Positions 1-7,782 of a DNA stretch of 64,000 bases are shown here, piece by piece. This DNA comes from Deltaproteobacteria bacterium (GTDB lineage: Bacteria; Desulfobacterota; DSM-4660; Desulfatiglandales; HGW-15). How positions within the stretch are numbered: position 1 is the first letter of the stretch; every line of letters starts with the position of its first letter. A program made the translations under genes and the position numbers. The stretch is taken from positions 265 to 64,264 of the forward strand of contig JAFDAM010000002.1 in assembly GCA_019313825.1 (NCBI GenBank), in the 5' to 3' direction. The notes under the pieces are model-generated. The model ran no database searches and was not told the DNA's origin. It was given only the letters and a program-made list of their open reading frames with translations.

Positions 1-207
1 GATGCATATGAAACCTGTATTTCAGGTTGAAGAGCATGGAGCAAAGAGCAAAGAGCATGGGGAAAAAGGCACAAGGCAAGAGTGGTTGGTGGTGAAGTCG
101 CGGCGGATCTGTTTAATCGGGGGTTATGTTTGCCCTCGGGTACGGCTATGACGGAAGATGATCTCGATCGCGTTATAAACATAATAAAAAAATGCCACCG
201 AAAATAG
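1..207 (+). pseudogene. DegT/DnrJ/EryC1/StrS-family sugar aminotransferase, 3' end, copy A (enters from upstream of window; apparent 1-nt frame break)
   Basis: Frame 2 (2-25) reads MHMKPVFQ, matching PMHLQPVF of copy B. Frame 1 (82-207) reads VVGGEVAADLFNRGLCLPSGTAMTEDDLDRVINIIKKCHRK*. The segment between them is 59 nt here versus an in-frame 60 nt in copy B. Confidence 0.6.
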
Positions 208-226
208 AGTCCATCCTAACCTTTAT

Positions 227-305
227 TACCGATTTCAGCCCAAGGCCTGTCCGCCGTTAGTGTTGAGGGTTTACCCGCCGTTAGTGTGGCGGGCCAAAAT
301 CGGCA
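227..305. repeat. REP-like compound palindrome R1
   Basis: Imperfect outer arms taccgatttcagcc / ggccaaaatcggca enclose two ccgccgttagtgt-type inner hairpins. The same outer motif CTTTACCGATTTCRGCC recurs at 8 more sites up to 10747. Confidence 0.8.
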
Positions 306-311
306 ACTTCC

Positions 312-373
312 CTCCAACTCATAAAACTCCATTACCCTTTACCTCCAACTCATAAAACTCCATTACCCTTTAC
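312..373. repeat. Perfect tandem duplication, 2 x 31 bp (ctccaactcataaaactccattaccctttac)
   Basis: Unit 312-342 is repeated exactly at 343-373. The second unit runs directly into REP copy R2. Confidence 0.9.
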
Positions 374-402
374 CGATTTCGGCCTTGAGCTGTTTTGGAT
401 AA
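371..402. repeat. REP-like palindrome R2 (degenerate right arm)
   Basis: taccgatttcggccttgagctgttttggataa; the left arm is identical to the family motif. Confidence 0.65.
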
Positions 403-494
403 TTAGGCTAAGATTAAAAGAAACTGGCACAGGGGTGGAATTTGTAAGCTGATGGGTTGTAGTCGGTATTCCTGCATCACCGCGATTAAGTTGC

Positions 495-821
495 TTAACC
501 TTTTGTGATGTGGGCTTTTTTAAGTTTTTTAAGATCGCTCACATCGAATGTATATGCTCTGCCTATTTTAGAGGCCAATACTCGCCCTGCTTTGACCCAT
601 CTTCTGAGGGTTACAGATGACACACCAAGATACTCCGATGCCTGTTTTAGATTAAACGGTTTTCTTGCAATTTCATCCTGCCATGCTTTTATGTCTAAAA
701 TCTCAGAGGTATGCGGATGATGGCCTCTTATTCCAAACTCTACAATATGGCGTGCAATTTTTTGTCTTTCCTTTAAGGGAAGAAGGTATATTTCCTCTAT
801 GACTTTATCTGCTGTTAGCAT
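495..821 (-). CDS. HTH (excisionase/MerR-type) antitoxin partner of the upstream RelE/ParE toxin
   Basis: 108 aa. The C-terminal LKQASEYLGVSSVTLRRWVKAGRVLASKIGRAYTF is a typical Xis/MerR-type HTH. It starts 1 nt after the toxin stop (HigB/HigA-like order). Confidence 0.7.
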   Translation of the reverse strand: MLTADKVIEEIYLLPLKERQKIARHIVEFGIRGHHPHTSEILDIKAWQDEIARKPFNLKQASEYLGVSSVTLRRWVKAGRVLASKIGRAYTFDVSDLKKLKKAHITKG

Positions 822-822
822 T

Positions 823-1125
823 TTAACCTCCTATTCCTTTTAAATATTTTTTCAGATTCTTATAAAAGTTTTCATGTGGAGCAACCTGGTACAATACAAG
901 GGAATAGTTTTCAACCTTATAAGCCATGAGGATCAATTGGCGGCCCATTGTAAACTTATGAACCCTAAAACCCGCCAAATCGTTTTTTTTAAGTTCCCCG
1001 ATATCAGGATTTGCCATGATATCTTCCACCGCATCTAAAATAACCTGCTGGAAGTGGCGTGGAAGCTTCTTAACATAGTTCTTAAATCGCGACATCTGGA
1101 AGATTTTCATCTGCATATTTATCAT
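823..1125 (-). CDS. RelE/ParE-superfamily (HigB-like) type II toxin
   Basis: Small basic protein resembling RelE/ParE toxins (…FRVHKFTMGRQLILMAYKVENYSLVLYQVAPHENFY). The real start is probably M11 (MSRFKNY, nt 1095). A minus-strand TTGACA box lies at 1140-1145. Confidence 0.7.
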   Translation of the reverse strand: MINMQMKIFQMSRFKNYVKKLPRHFQQVILDAVEDIMANPDIGELKKNDLAGFRVHKFTMGRQLILMAYKVENYSLVLYQVAPHENFYKNLKKYLKGIGG

Positions 1126-1146
1126 AGCTTATCATATCTTGTCAAG

Positions 1147-1260
1147 GCCTGAATTTTAGGTACAGGGGTCGGTCCACGTCAACCCATTAAATTAACTATG
1201 TTATTCTTGAAAAATAGCCCTGAATATGCCCTTAAAAGTGCCTTTTTGCAGGTAAAAAGG
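1147..1260. repeat. Cassette-junction repeat, diverged copy
   Basis: Shares aattttaggta, ggggtcgg(t/a)cca, atgttattc(t/c)tg and gcc(c)tta blocks in the same order with 3026-3185 and 4425-4560. Confidence 0.55.
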
Positions 1261-1461
1261 TGGGTTTAAGTATATCATCTTTCCCGGAGATGTGTATTTT
1301 TAATATTTATTACCCATTTACGGTCAAGCCGGATTTGGGTAAATCATTAAACCGCAAGGCGCGAAGACGCTGAAAGACGGGGAGACCAGGGGGCAGAAGC
1401 CTTCGGCTCTCAGTTTTCTACTCCAAGCTCCGACCTCCATGCTCTATGCATATTCCACCAT

Positions 1462-2115
1462 GTGGGCGTAGGGGCTAAGGTGGCGATTTTTTCGTTTAAT
1501 GGAAGTAAGATTGTTACCACTTCCGGTGGGGGGATGCTTGCCTCGGATGATAAAGAGTTGATAGATCATGCCAGGAAGATCTCCCAGCAAGCCAAAGAAG
1601 ATTTCCCGCATTATGAGCATACGGAGATTGGTTATAATTACCGCATGAGCAATATTCTGGCGGCGATAGGAAGAGGGCAATTAAAAGTACTCGATGAACT
1701 GGTAAAAAGAATAAGGGAGATATTTGAATATTATAAACAGACATTAGGTGATGTCCCCGGAATAGAATTCATGCCTGAGGCACCTTACTGCAGATCCAAC
1801 CGGTGGTTAACCGTTATTTTGATTACCCCTGAGAAGTTTGGTGTGGATCGAGAAACAGTGAGGTTGGCATTGGAAGAGGAGAACATTGAATCACGTCCAG
1901 TTTGGAAACCTATGCATCTTCAACCCGTCTTCAATCCGCAGATTACGCAGATTAACGCAAATTTTAAGAATAAAAAACGATACCCTTGTCGGGTTGTTGG
2001 TGGTGAAGTGGCGGAGGATCTTTTCAATCGTGGACTTTGTTTGCCGTCCGGAACAGCCATGACAGAAGATGATCTTGATCGGGTTGTCTCAGTTATTTCA
2101 AGCTTTAATAAGTAG
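1462..2115 (+). pseudogene. DegT-family aminotransferase, copy B, N-terminally truncated (C-terminal 217 aa only)
   Basis: Begins just before the PLP-lysine motif (AIFSFNGSKIVTTSGGGM) and ends ...LCLPSGTAMTEDDLDRVVSVISSFNK*. No N-terminal half is present upstream (1126-1461 is repeats). Confidence 0.8.
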
Positions 2116-2136
2116 ATAATTATTGAAAAAATTCTT

Positions 2137-2167
2137 TACCGATTTCAGCCCAGGGCCAAGATCGGTA
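2137..2167. repeat. REP-like palindrome R3
   Basis: taccgatttcagcccagggccaagatcggta; lies 21 nt after the copy-B stop and 12 nt before the RAYT relic ATG. Confidence 0.8.
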
Positions 2168-2179
2168 ATATTAGCTCAC

Positions 2180-2221
2180 ATGGATTATGACGAATTAATA
2201 CGACAGGGCAAGGGACATTAG
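2180..2221 (+). pseudogene. RAYT (IS200-like Y1 transposase) relic, first 13 codons only
   Basis: MDYDELIRQGKGH*; the first 11 residues are identical to the N-terminus of the 7783 relic. Confidence 0.7.
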
Positions 2222-2416
2222 GATGAATTTGTTAAGATATTATTTCAATATACTTGGATGTAATCTGCGAGCATCTGCGTAATCTGTGGATAAATATTTT
2301 TTATATTTGGTCTGCCTTATTTTAGGCGGAGCTGGAGCCTGGTTCATTTCCAGGAGGGGTAAAGTTTTGGGCCTTCTGGATAGATCAAATAAAATGATTG
2401 GGGTTGCCCTCTGCCA

Positions 2417-2671
2417 TTAAGACGCTCTTTCTCGAATCCCTTTTACAATTAACATCCTCGCATAAGTGGTAGGCGGCAGCCCATCTTTATCAGCAAGTTC
2501 CTGTAGTTTTTTCACAATGTTAGGGTCCAGACGCAAAGATATAACTTGTTTTTTGGGACGAACAAAAACTACGTCTTTTGCCACTTCAAAATCATCGAGA
2601 TAATCTATTGAGTCGTGGGTATCCCAAAACTCTCTTTCTTCTTTTAAATTCTTAAATTTAGGCGCTTTCAT
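2417..2671 (-). CDS. brnA: BrnA-like (CopG/RHH) antitoxin
   Basis: 84 aa. EEREFWDTHDSIDYLDD ... ISLRLDPNIVKKLQELADKDGLPPTTYARMLI is the typical BrnA layout. Overlaps the toxin gene by 4 nt. Confidence 0.75.
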   Translation of the reverse strand: MKAPKFKNLKEEREFWDTHDSIDYLDDFEVAKDVVFVRPKKQVISLRLDPNIVKKLQELADKDGLPPTTYARMLIVKGIRERAS

Positions 2672-2943
2672 TTTCTTCTCCTCCTATAAAAATGTTTTTC
2701 CTTTTTGTTCATATCCCTGGCTGTAATTATTTTGGTCTTTCGATACCTGGCAGCCCACACGACTAATAGGAACCGGCCTCCATTGGTTTTCCCATAGGCA
2801 AGATATTTGCCTTGTTTCCCACGCATTATAAATGGTGAACTCACATCATTAAAGAGTACCTCCTCAACTTCTTCAGGTGAAACCGAGTGGTTGGAGATAT
2901 GATCAACCGTTTCTTGATCCCATGAGATTCTTTCTATTTTCAT
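2668..2943 (-). CDS. brnT: BrnT-like (DUF497) toxin
   Basis: 91 aa. ISWDQETVDHISNHSVSPEEVEEVL ... GRFLLVVWAARYRKTKIITARDMNKKEKHFY. Minus-strand TTGACA at 2995-3000. Confidence 0.7.
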   Translation of the reverse strand: MKIERISWDQETVDHISNHSVSPEEVEEVLFNDVSSPFIMRGKQGKYLAYGKTNGGRFLLVVWAARYRKTKIITARDMNKKEKHFYRRRRK

Positions 2944-3064
2944 TATATCCTCTTGATTAACAATGTATTACATTATTAACAATATCTAATCAGTTGTCAA
3001 GAAAAAAGTCAGCGTAATCTGTGGAGGATTTAATTTTAGGTATCGGTTGTACGGTTCTTGGTGC

Positions 3065-3185
3065 GTTTTTGAATTGGGGTCGGACCAAGAAAAATAACGT
3101 CTGAAAAGATCCTGTTTTAGGGCCTTATACGCATGTTTTTAGCATCAGAAATGGCCGTTTAAGAAAAGAGGCGGGAAAGGTGACA
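3065..3185. repeat. Cassette-junction repeat (second half of unit)
   Basis: Near-identical to 4425-4560 (ggggtcggaccaagaaaaataac ... cctgttttagggccttatacgcatgttttt(a/g)gcatcagaaatggccgtttaagaaaagaggcgggaaagg). Confidence 0.85.
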
Positions 3186-3202
3186 GGAAATAGAAATAAA
3201 AA

Positions 3203-3280
3203 TAGGAAAGGGGAAAGAGGGAAGAGGGGATAGGAAAGATCCGGTTTCATTCTTCTCTTTCCTCTATTCTCTATCCTCTT
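3203..3280. repeat. Imperfect purine/pyrimidine hairpin (empty short-tandem-repeat arms)
   Basis: ataggaaaggggaaagagggaagaggggataggaaaga - loop - tcttctctttcctctattctctatcctctt. The right arm resembles the CCTCTAAT octamers at 12737-12786. Confidence 0.5.
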
Positions 3281-3311
3281 TACCGATTTCCGCCTTGGGC
3301 CGTTTTCGGTA
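3281..3311. repeat. REP-like palindrome R4
   Basis: taccgatttccgccttgggccgttttcggta. Confidence 0.7.
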
Positions 3312-3395
3312 AAAGCCTGGTCTCAAATATTCAACTTACATGGAAAAAACATATCCATTGTCATTTTATGATCCATAAACTCAATTGCCACTCTT

Positions 3396-3426
3396 TACCC
3401 ATTTCGGCCTTGGGCTATTTTGGGTA
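3396..3426. repeat. REP-like palindrome R5
   Basis: tacccatttcggccttgggctattttgggta. Confidence 0.65.
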
Positions 3427-3488
3427 ATTGGTAATCCGGAGAAGCCATAAACGCGCGTTGCGTCGTCATCATGACAAATGCAAAAACG

Positions 3489-3535
3489 GAGAGACCAGGG
3501 GTCGCGTCTTCATTCTTCACATAGATATAACCGGA
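3489..3535. repeat. Cassette-junction repeat (first half, with GAGAGACCAGGGG core)
   Basis: gagagaccaggggtcgcgtcttcattcttcacatagatataac matches 4363-4410 (gagagaccagggggcgcggcttcactcttaacagagatataac). Confidence 0.7.
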
Positions 3536-3588
3536 CCTGATGAGCGAGCAGGCGATTGGGGTATATCGCAAGGCGCTGGGATAAAGCT

Positions 3589-3617
3589 TACCGATTCAGC
3601 CCGAAGCTAAATCGGTA
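3589..3617. repeat. REP-like palindrome R6
   Basis: taccgattcagcccgaagctaaatcggta. Confidence 0.7.
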
Positions 3618-3713
3618 ATTTGCCGGATTGGCGATGAATCAAGGCTAACTCATACGGCGGGACAGGGTCAAACAGATATTCCGAATTGGAAGGGAGAATG
3701 TTTCAAACTGAAG

Positions 3714-3983
3714 CTATCTATTCAGGATGTCATGGGTTCCGATTGCCCGGAAGATCACATAAGTTTCCGACATTTCGAAGGTAAAGCTATACTTCATGGT
3801 TATCGACCCTTCCCAACGGTCCCGGGTTCCCTGAATTCGCTTTACTCGCAGCGAAGGATGCAGCATGTTTTTAAGAAAAAATTCCAACTTGGCATCGAAG
3901 GCTGTCTGAATTTCCTGCGGAAGGGACTGATATTGTTTTTTGAATCTGTTGCTGAATTGGTAACCGGTTACTTTTTTAACCAC
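3714..3983 (-). CDS. RelE/ParE-family type II toxin (mRNA interferase-like)
   Basis: 89 aa. FSNRFKKQYQSLPQEIQTAFDAKLEFFLKNMLHPSLRVKRIQGTRDRWEGSIT is the typical RelE/YafQ layout. Overlaps the antitoxin gene. Confidence 0.75.
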   Translation of the reverse strand: MVKKVTGYQFSNRFKKQYQSLPQEIQTAFDAKLEFFLKNMLHPSLRVKRIQGTRDRWEGSITMKYSFTFEMSETYVIFRAIGTHDILNR

Positions 3984-4246
3984 TTTGCTCCTTCTTCGGC
4001 AGTTCGGAATTCGGGTGACATTTTCCCGTTTATAATTTCACTATCTACGTCAGATTCAACCTGTTGCCATTCCTTGGTCCAATACCAACCCTGGGTTGGA
4101 TCAATTAGTTTTCTGGGTTTTAAAACAATTTGATCGTTTTCGATACACAACTCAACAAAGTCGCCTTGCAAAAGGCCTAGCGATTGCATGATTTGCTTGG
4201 GGATACGAATCTGTCCCTGTGGGCTTATTTTCATAATGGAAGCCAT
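3968..4246 (-). CDS. AbrB/MazE/SpoVT-type antitoxin
   Basis: 92 aa. ISPQGQIRIPKQIMQSLGLLQGDFVELCIENDQIVLKP is a swapped-hairpin AbrB-type motif. Minus-strand TTGACA at 4312-4317. Confidence 0.75.
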   Translation of the reverse strand: MASIMKISPQGQIRIPKQIMQSLGLLQGDFVELCIENDQIVLKPRKLIDPTQGWYWTKEWQQVESDVDSEIINGKMSPEFRTAEEGAKWLKK

Positions 4247-4362
4247 AACATCTCCTGAGCATGATTAAACATATAAATAATTAAACATAATTTATATGTT
4301 ATTTTGTTTAATGTCAAGGATGAAAAAAACGAAAATTACCGAAGCAGCTCTCAGGAAAGCGT

Positions 4363-4560
4363 GAGAGACCAGGGGGCGCGGCTTCACTCTTAACAGAGAT
4401 ATAACAGTAATGGGGCACGTAGCGGAATTGGGGTCGGACCAAGAAAAATAACATTATATCAATATGTTATTCCTGGAAAGAGCCTGTTTTAGGGCCTTAT
4501 ACGCATGTTTTTGGCATCAGAAATGGCCGTTTAAGAAAAGAGGCGGGAAAGGCGAGAAAA
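4363..4560. repeat. Cassette-junction repeat, longest copy (both halves contiguous)
   Basis: The first half matches 3489-3535 and the second half matches 3065-3185. Contains an inner hairpin aataacat-tatatcaa-tatgttatt. Confidence 0.8.
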
Positions 4561-4575
4561 GGAAAATAGTTTTAT

Positions 4576-4998
4576 TCAGGATATGGTGGTCAGACCTAAT
4601 GTTCTGAAATCCGAATCAAAAGATAGAGCCGGGATATTTTTGAGGTCACCGGTAATAATTACTCTGGAGAGGGCGTCGACAAAAGATATTTTCCTGTCTT
4701 GGCTAAAAAGATTAAACAGAGCAATGGCCTGATGATGCTGGCTTTCTGTGGAATGATATATCTCATAGATATCGATGGATTGGTTAAAGACCAGGGCTTC
4801 GGAGTAACTGTATTGATAGAGAAGGACAGTCATTGCCTCTGAGATTACAAACCAGGATGTGTGGATAATAATTCGGTTTTGCTTTATCTCTTTAAAAAGT
4901 TCCAAGGCCCGTTTATGTTTTGTGTCCTTTTTTGAAAAAAGGGCAATGAAAAAACCAGCATCGCAGTAAATTGAATGAAAGCCTTCAAGGGATTTCAT
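4576..4998 (-). CDS. vapC: PIN-domain (VapC-like) toxin
   Basis: 140 aa with spaced acidic residues (YCDAGFF, ISEA, SFDSDF) typical of a PIN nuclease. ATGA overlap with the antitoxin gene. Confidence 0.8.
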   Translation of the reverse strand: MKSLEGFHSIYCDAGFFIALFSKKDTKHKRALELFKEIKQNRIIIHTSWFVISEAMTVLLYQYSYSEALVFNQSIDIYEIYHSTESQHHQAIALFNLFSQDRKISFVDALSRVIITGDLKNIPALSFDSDFRTLGLTTIS

Positions 4999-5249
4999 TT
5001 TTTGGTATTACCACTTTTATATAAAAAAGATTTATAGGACTGAGCTACTGACCGCGGTCTTCCATTTGGCTCAGGCAAGGCTTCAATAGATTTAAGAACT
5101 TCATCGTAGCGATCCGATTCGGTAATTAATTCTAAACGAGCATACGCTTTCCCTCTTTTTGTTATGTGTAAAACTTCTCCTGGTTTTAATATCTTATCCA
5201 ATTGTGTCATTTTTGCTCGGGCTTCACTTAGTTTCATAATATCCGGCAT
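4995..5249 (-). CDS. Phd/YefM-type antitoxin (VapB role)
   Basis: 84 aa. MKLSEARAKMTQLDKILKPGEVLHITKRGKAYARL. The decamer TGTACAATTT (containing the palindrome TTGTACAA) occurs at 5268-5277 and 5300-5309 upstream. Confidence 0.7.
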   Translation of the reverse strand: MPDIMKLSEARAKMTQLDKILKPGEVLHITKRGKAYARLELITESDRYDEVLKSIEALPEPNGRPRSVAQSYKSFLYKSGNTKK

Positions 5250-5406
5250 GGTTATCCCTTTCTTATTTGTACAATTTTTATTATTTTATCTTATATTCTG
5301 TACAATTTGTCAAGGGGAAATATTTTGAGCAGGGAAGATGGGCATGAAGGAAAAGGAGGAACCGGAGGCGCGTAAGAGCGAGGAGAGGAGTCGGCAAACA
5401 GCAGGA

Positions 5407-6516
5407 TTATCCTTTGTAAGGAAGCCAGGCTCTGAAAAAAGGATTTATAAACCTGTGTTCATTGCCGCTTTCAAAAAGAATATTGAGTTTGGTCAGTCGT
5501 GTAATTGCTCTCCGGACAGATGATGGATTATTAAACCCTGCGGATTTCATGAATGAGACGGAAAAGACACTTTTTCCGCCTTCCTTTGCTATTGCCATGA
5601 GGCACTTGAGTTGAATGTTTGTCAAGAGGCTGATATAGTTTTCGTAGGATTTCTGTTCCCTGGCAAATATCAATTCAAGGGCGTTTTTCAGTTTATCCGG
5701 GCTTATGATCTTTTTTCCTGAAGTTACTTCCCAGAGGGCCTCACAGAGCTGTTGTATATCCCCGGGAATGTCATTGGCAATTTTAAACACCTTTTTCAGA
5801 ATCTCGTTGTCAATTTTACGTTGATCAGTAGTGAATTTCTTTTTCAGGAATTTCGAAAATTCTTCATAAGATAAGGGATCAACCGTCAGGGGGATAGCGG
5901 ACTTAAAGAAGGGTGAATCGTGATGGGTAAATATCTCATCCATCTTATGCCGGATGCTACCAACAAAAATGTAGGGGATATCGCTTTGAAACTGTATTTT
6001 ACTCCTCAGAAGGGCAAGAGCTTCGTGGGAATCTTCAAGGTTTAAAATATCCTGAAATTCATCAAAGACCACGACCGGTCGTCTTTTTTTGCCAAGAGAT
6101 TCAATTAAAGTGAGAACCTCCGGAATTGAATTGGCCTTTATCTCTACGGAGGCGTCAAAAGAAACGGTTGGCATGGATGTTATGGGATCCACTGAAATTG
6201 AGGGCCTGAGATATGAGAGGGTTTTGATTATTTTGTCGAACCACCTTGTTTTTTGCTCAAGAATAACAATTGCACGTAGAATCCTTCTGCACAGAGCGTC
6301 GATGGATTTGATGCCCAGCAGGTCCACATATAGGAGCCGCTCACCATTACATTTTAGAACAGACTCATAGGCTACAGATGATTTTCCAACCCGCCTTTCA
6401 CCCATGATCACAATGTGTTGCGATGATTCGATATATCCGGTAATTTGTTTAAGCAAAGTTTTCCTTCCACAGAAATCTTTGCCTGAAACTATGGTTCCGT
6501 ATTTAAAAGGATTCAT
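5407..6516 (-). CDS. Orphan AAA+ ATPase of the Arch_ATPase/DUF234 type with a C-terminal winged-helix-like domain
   Basis: 369 aa. Walker A GERRVGKSS, Walker B VVVFDEFQ, C-terminal ...NIQLKCLMAIAKEGGKSVFS...VRRAITRLTKLNIL. RBS aaggag is 6 nt before the ATG. Confidence 0.75.
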   Translation of the reverse strand: MNPFKYGTIVSGKDFCGRKTLLKQITGYIESSQHIVIMGERRVGKSSVAYESVLKCNGERLLYVDLLGIKSIDALCRRILRAIVILEQKTRWFDKIIKTLSYLRPSISVDPITSMPTVSFDASVEIKANSIPEVLTLIESLGKKRRPVVVFDEFQDILNLEDSHEALALLRSKIQFQSDIPYIFVGSIRHKMDEIFTHHDSPFFKSAIPLTVDPLSYEEFSKFLKKKFTTDQRKIDNEILKKVFKIANDIPGDIQQLCEALWEVTSGKKIISPDKLKNALELIFAREQKSYENYISLLTNIQLKCLMAIAKEGGKSVFSVSFMKSAGFNNPSSVRRAITRLTKLNILFESGNEHRFINPFFRAWLPYKG

Positions 6517-6546
6517 AAGTCTCCTTCTTTGAGTATTTCACTATAG

Positions 6547-6572
6547 TGTATTATACATATCTGTATAATACA
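6547..6572. promoter_or_regulatory. Perfect 11-bp inverted repeat (tgtattataca-N4-tgtataataca), candidate operator
   Basis: Overlaps the predicted -10 of the ATPase promoter. Confidence 0.55.
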
Positions 6573-6592
6573 GATTAGCATAAAAATGTCAA
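6565..6592 (-). promoter_or_regulatory. Sigma70-type promoter of the ATPase gene
   Basis: The minus strand reads TTGACA-16 nt-TATTAT, about 50 nt upstream of the start codon. Confidence 0.6.
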
Positions 6593-6713
6593 GCATGAAT
6601 TCGGGCAATTTTTTTTGATAGGAATTACAGGAAGATCAGGATTAAAAAAATCAAATTGGCCAAAGACGCACACAGACTTTTTTCTCGTAGACTATTGTGG
6701 AGAAAAATGTGGG

Positions 6714-7061
6714 TTATTTGTATATTGCCAGATGTATTTCCATAGCCTTGTCTATCTTGTGCATTTCCTCTTTATCCAAAGAGCCGATGAATTTCACAAT
6801 CCTTCTTTTATCAAGGGTTCGGATCTGGTCCGCCTTAGCTTTTGAGTCTTTAGGCAGGTTCCCAGCCCCTTTAGGTAACAATACCTCGAAAGGGTAGATT
6901 TTTTTCAGACTTTTCGAGGTGATAGGCAAAATCGTTACTGTTCCAGAATAATGATTATTTTTATCATTAGAAACAACCACTCCTGGCCGTGTTTTTGAGA
7001 TTTCTTTGCCAATTACCGGATTAAGTGAAGTGAGGTATATCTCGCCTCTTTTAATATTCAT
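6714..7061 (-). CDS. mazF: MazF/PemK-family toxin endoribonuclease
   Basis: 115 aa. RGEIYLTSLNPVIGKEISKTRPGVVVSND ... ILPITS ... KAKADQIRTLDKRRI. Confidence 0.85.
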   Translation of the reverse strand: MNIKRGEIYLTSLNPVIGKEISKTRPGVVVSNDKNNHYSGTVTILPITSKSLKKIYPFEVLLPKGAGNLPKDSKAKADQIRTLDKRRIVKFIGSLDKEEMHKIDKAMEIHLAIYK

Positions 7062-7299
7062 CCCATCCCTCCAGATCTATATCCTCGAACTCTCTTGCCA
7101 AATAAAGGCTTTCCTGTTTGGTCGCTCGATAGCCTTCTTCTAAGAGTTTTTCAATCTTTTCCTTTTCTGCTTTTTGAATAGATAGTTCGATGGCTTTAGA
7201 TATAAAATGGCTGCGTTTTCTCGGGCCGGTCAGCTTGTCTAAGGCTTGGACCAGGTTCTTTTGGAGAGTAATATTTAATCTCACAGTATCTGTGTTCAT
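7051..7299 (-). CDS. Ribbon-helix-helix (CopG-type) antitoxin
   Basis: 82 aa. RLNITLQKNLVQALDKLTGPRKRSHFISKAIE. Overlaps mazF by 11 nt. Minus-strand TTGACT at 7358-7363. Confidence 0.75.
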   Translation of the reverse strand: MNTDTVRLNITLQKNLVQALDKLTGPRKRSHFISKAIELSIQKAEKEKIEKLLEEGYRATKQESLYLAREFEDIDLEGWDEY

Positions 7300-7445
7300 T
7301 ATACACCTCCTAATGTGTAATATTCAACTTACTATATCATGCATTATATTACGTATAAGTCAAGGGTTTGATGGGAAAATTTTTGGGATAACGTAGGCAA
7401 CTTTCGTAACTTATTGGATGAGGGATTGATAATACCATGGAGGAG

Positions 7446-7540
7446 CCAGGGGGACGGGATGTCTGCCTTCTGGCACCGCAATGACGGAAGAAGATCTTAA
7501 CCGAGTTATCGATGTCATCCGTAGATGTAAAAATAATTGC
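7446..7540 (+). pseudogene. DegT-family aminotransferase 3'-end fragment, copy C
   Basis: Reads ...GCLPSGTAMTEEDLNRVIDVIRRCKNN, homologous to copies A and B, and is immediately followed by REP copy R7. Confidence 0.7.
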
Positions 7541-7542
7541 TT

Positions 7543-7597
7543 TACCGATTTCGGCCTTGAGCCTGCCCGCCGTTAGTGTGGCAGGCCGATATCGGTA
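7543..7597. repeat. REP-like compound palindrome R7
   Basis: taccgatttcggccttgagc-ctgcccgccgttagtgtggcaggc-cgatatcggta (outer arms plus inner hairpin). Confidence 0.85.
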
Positions 7598-7694
7598 AAA
7601 AGTAATTACTTTATTGACTGCTTTTATGGGTGGTTTTGCTTGGTTGAATTATTTTGTATGGACTAGAATAGCAAGAAACACCTTCTAATATTTT

Positions 7695-7725
7695 TACCGA
7701 TTTCAGCCCAAAGCCGAAATCGGTA
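7695..7725. repeat. REP-like palindrome R8 (best-paired copy)
   Basis: taccgatttcagcccaaagccgaaatcggta; lies 57 nt upstream of the RAYT relic ATG. Confidence 0.85.
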
Positions 7726-7782
7726 ATCCGAGCTTGTATGAATTATTATGCACTGTGCTTAATTCAATAATGTGGCTCTACT

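Noticed and set aside
227-7725. Sedentary integron or CALIN (attC array): same-strand TA cassettes separated by imperfect palindromes.
   Set aside because: No intI gene or attI in the window. The palindromes lack the RYYYAAC/GTTRRRY core pair. They occur two or three per junction and next to RAYT relics, which fits REP elements better. An IntegronFinder/attC covariance-model scan would settle it.
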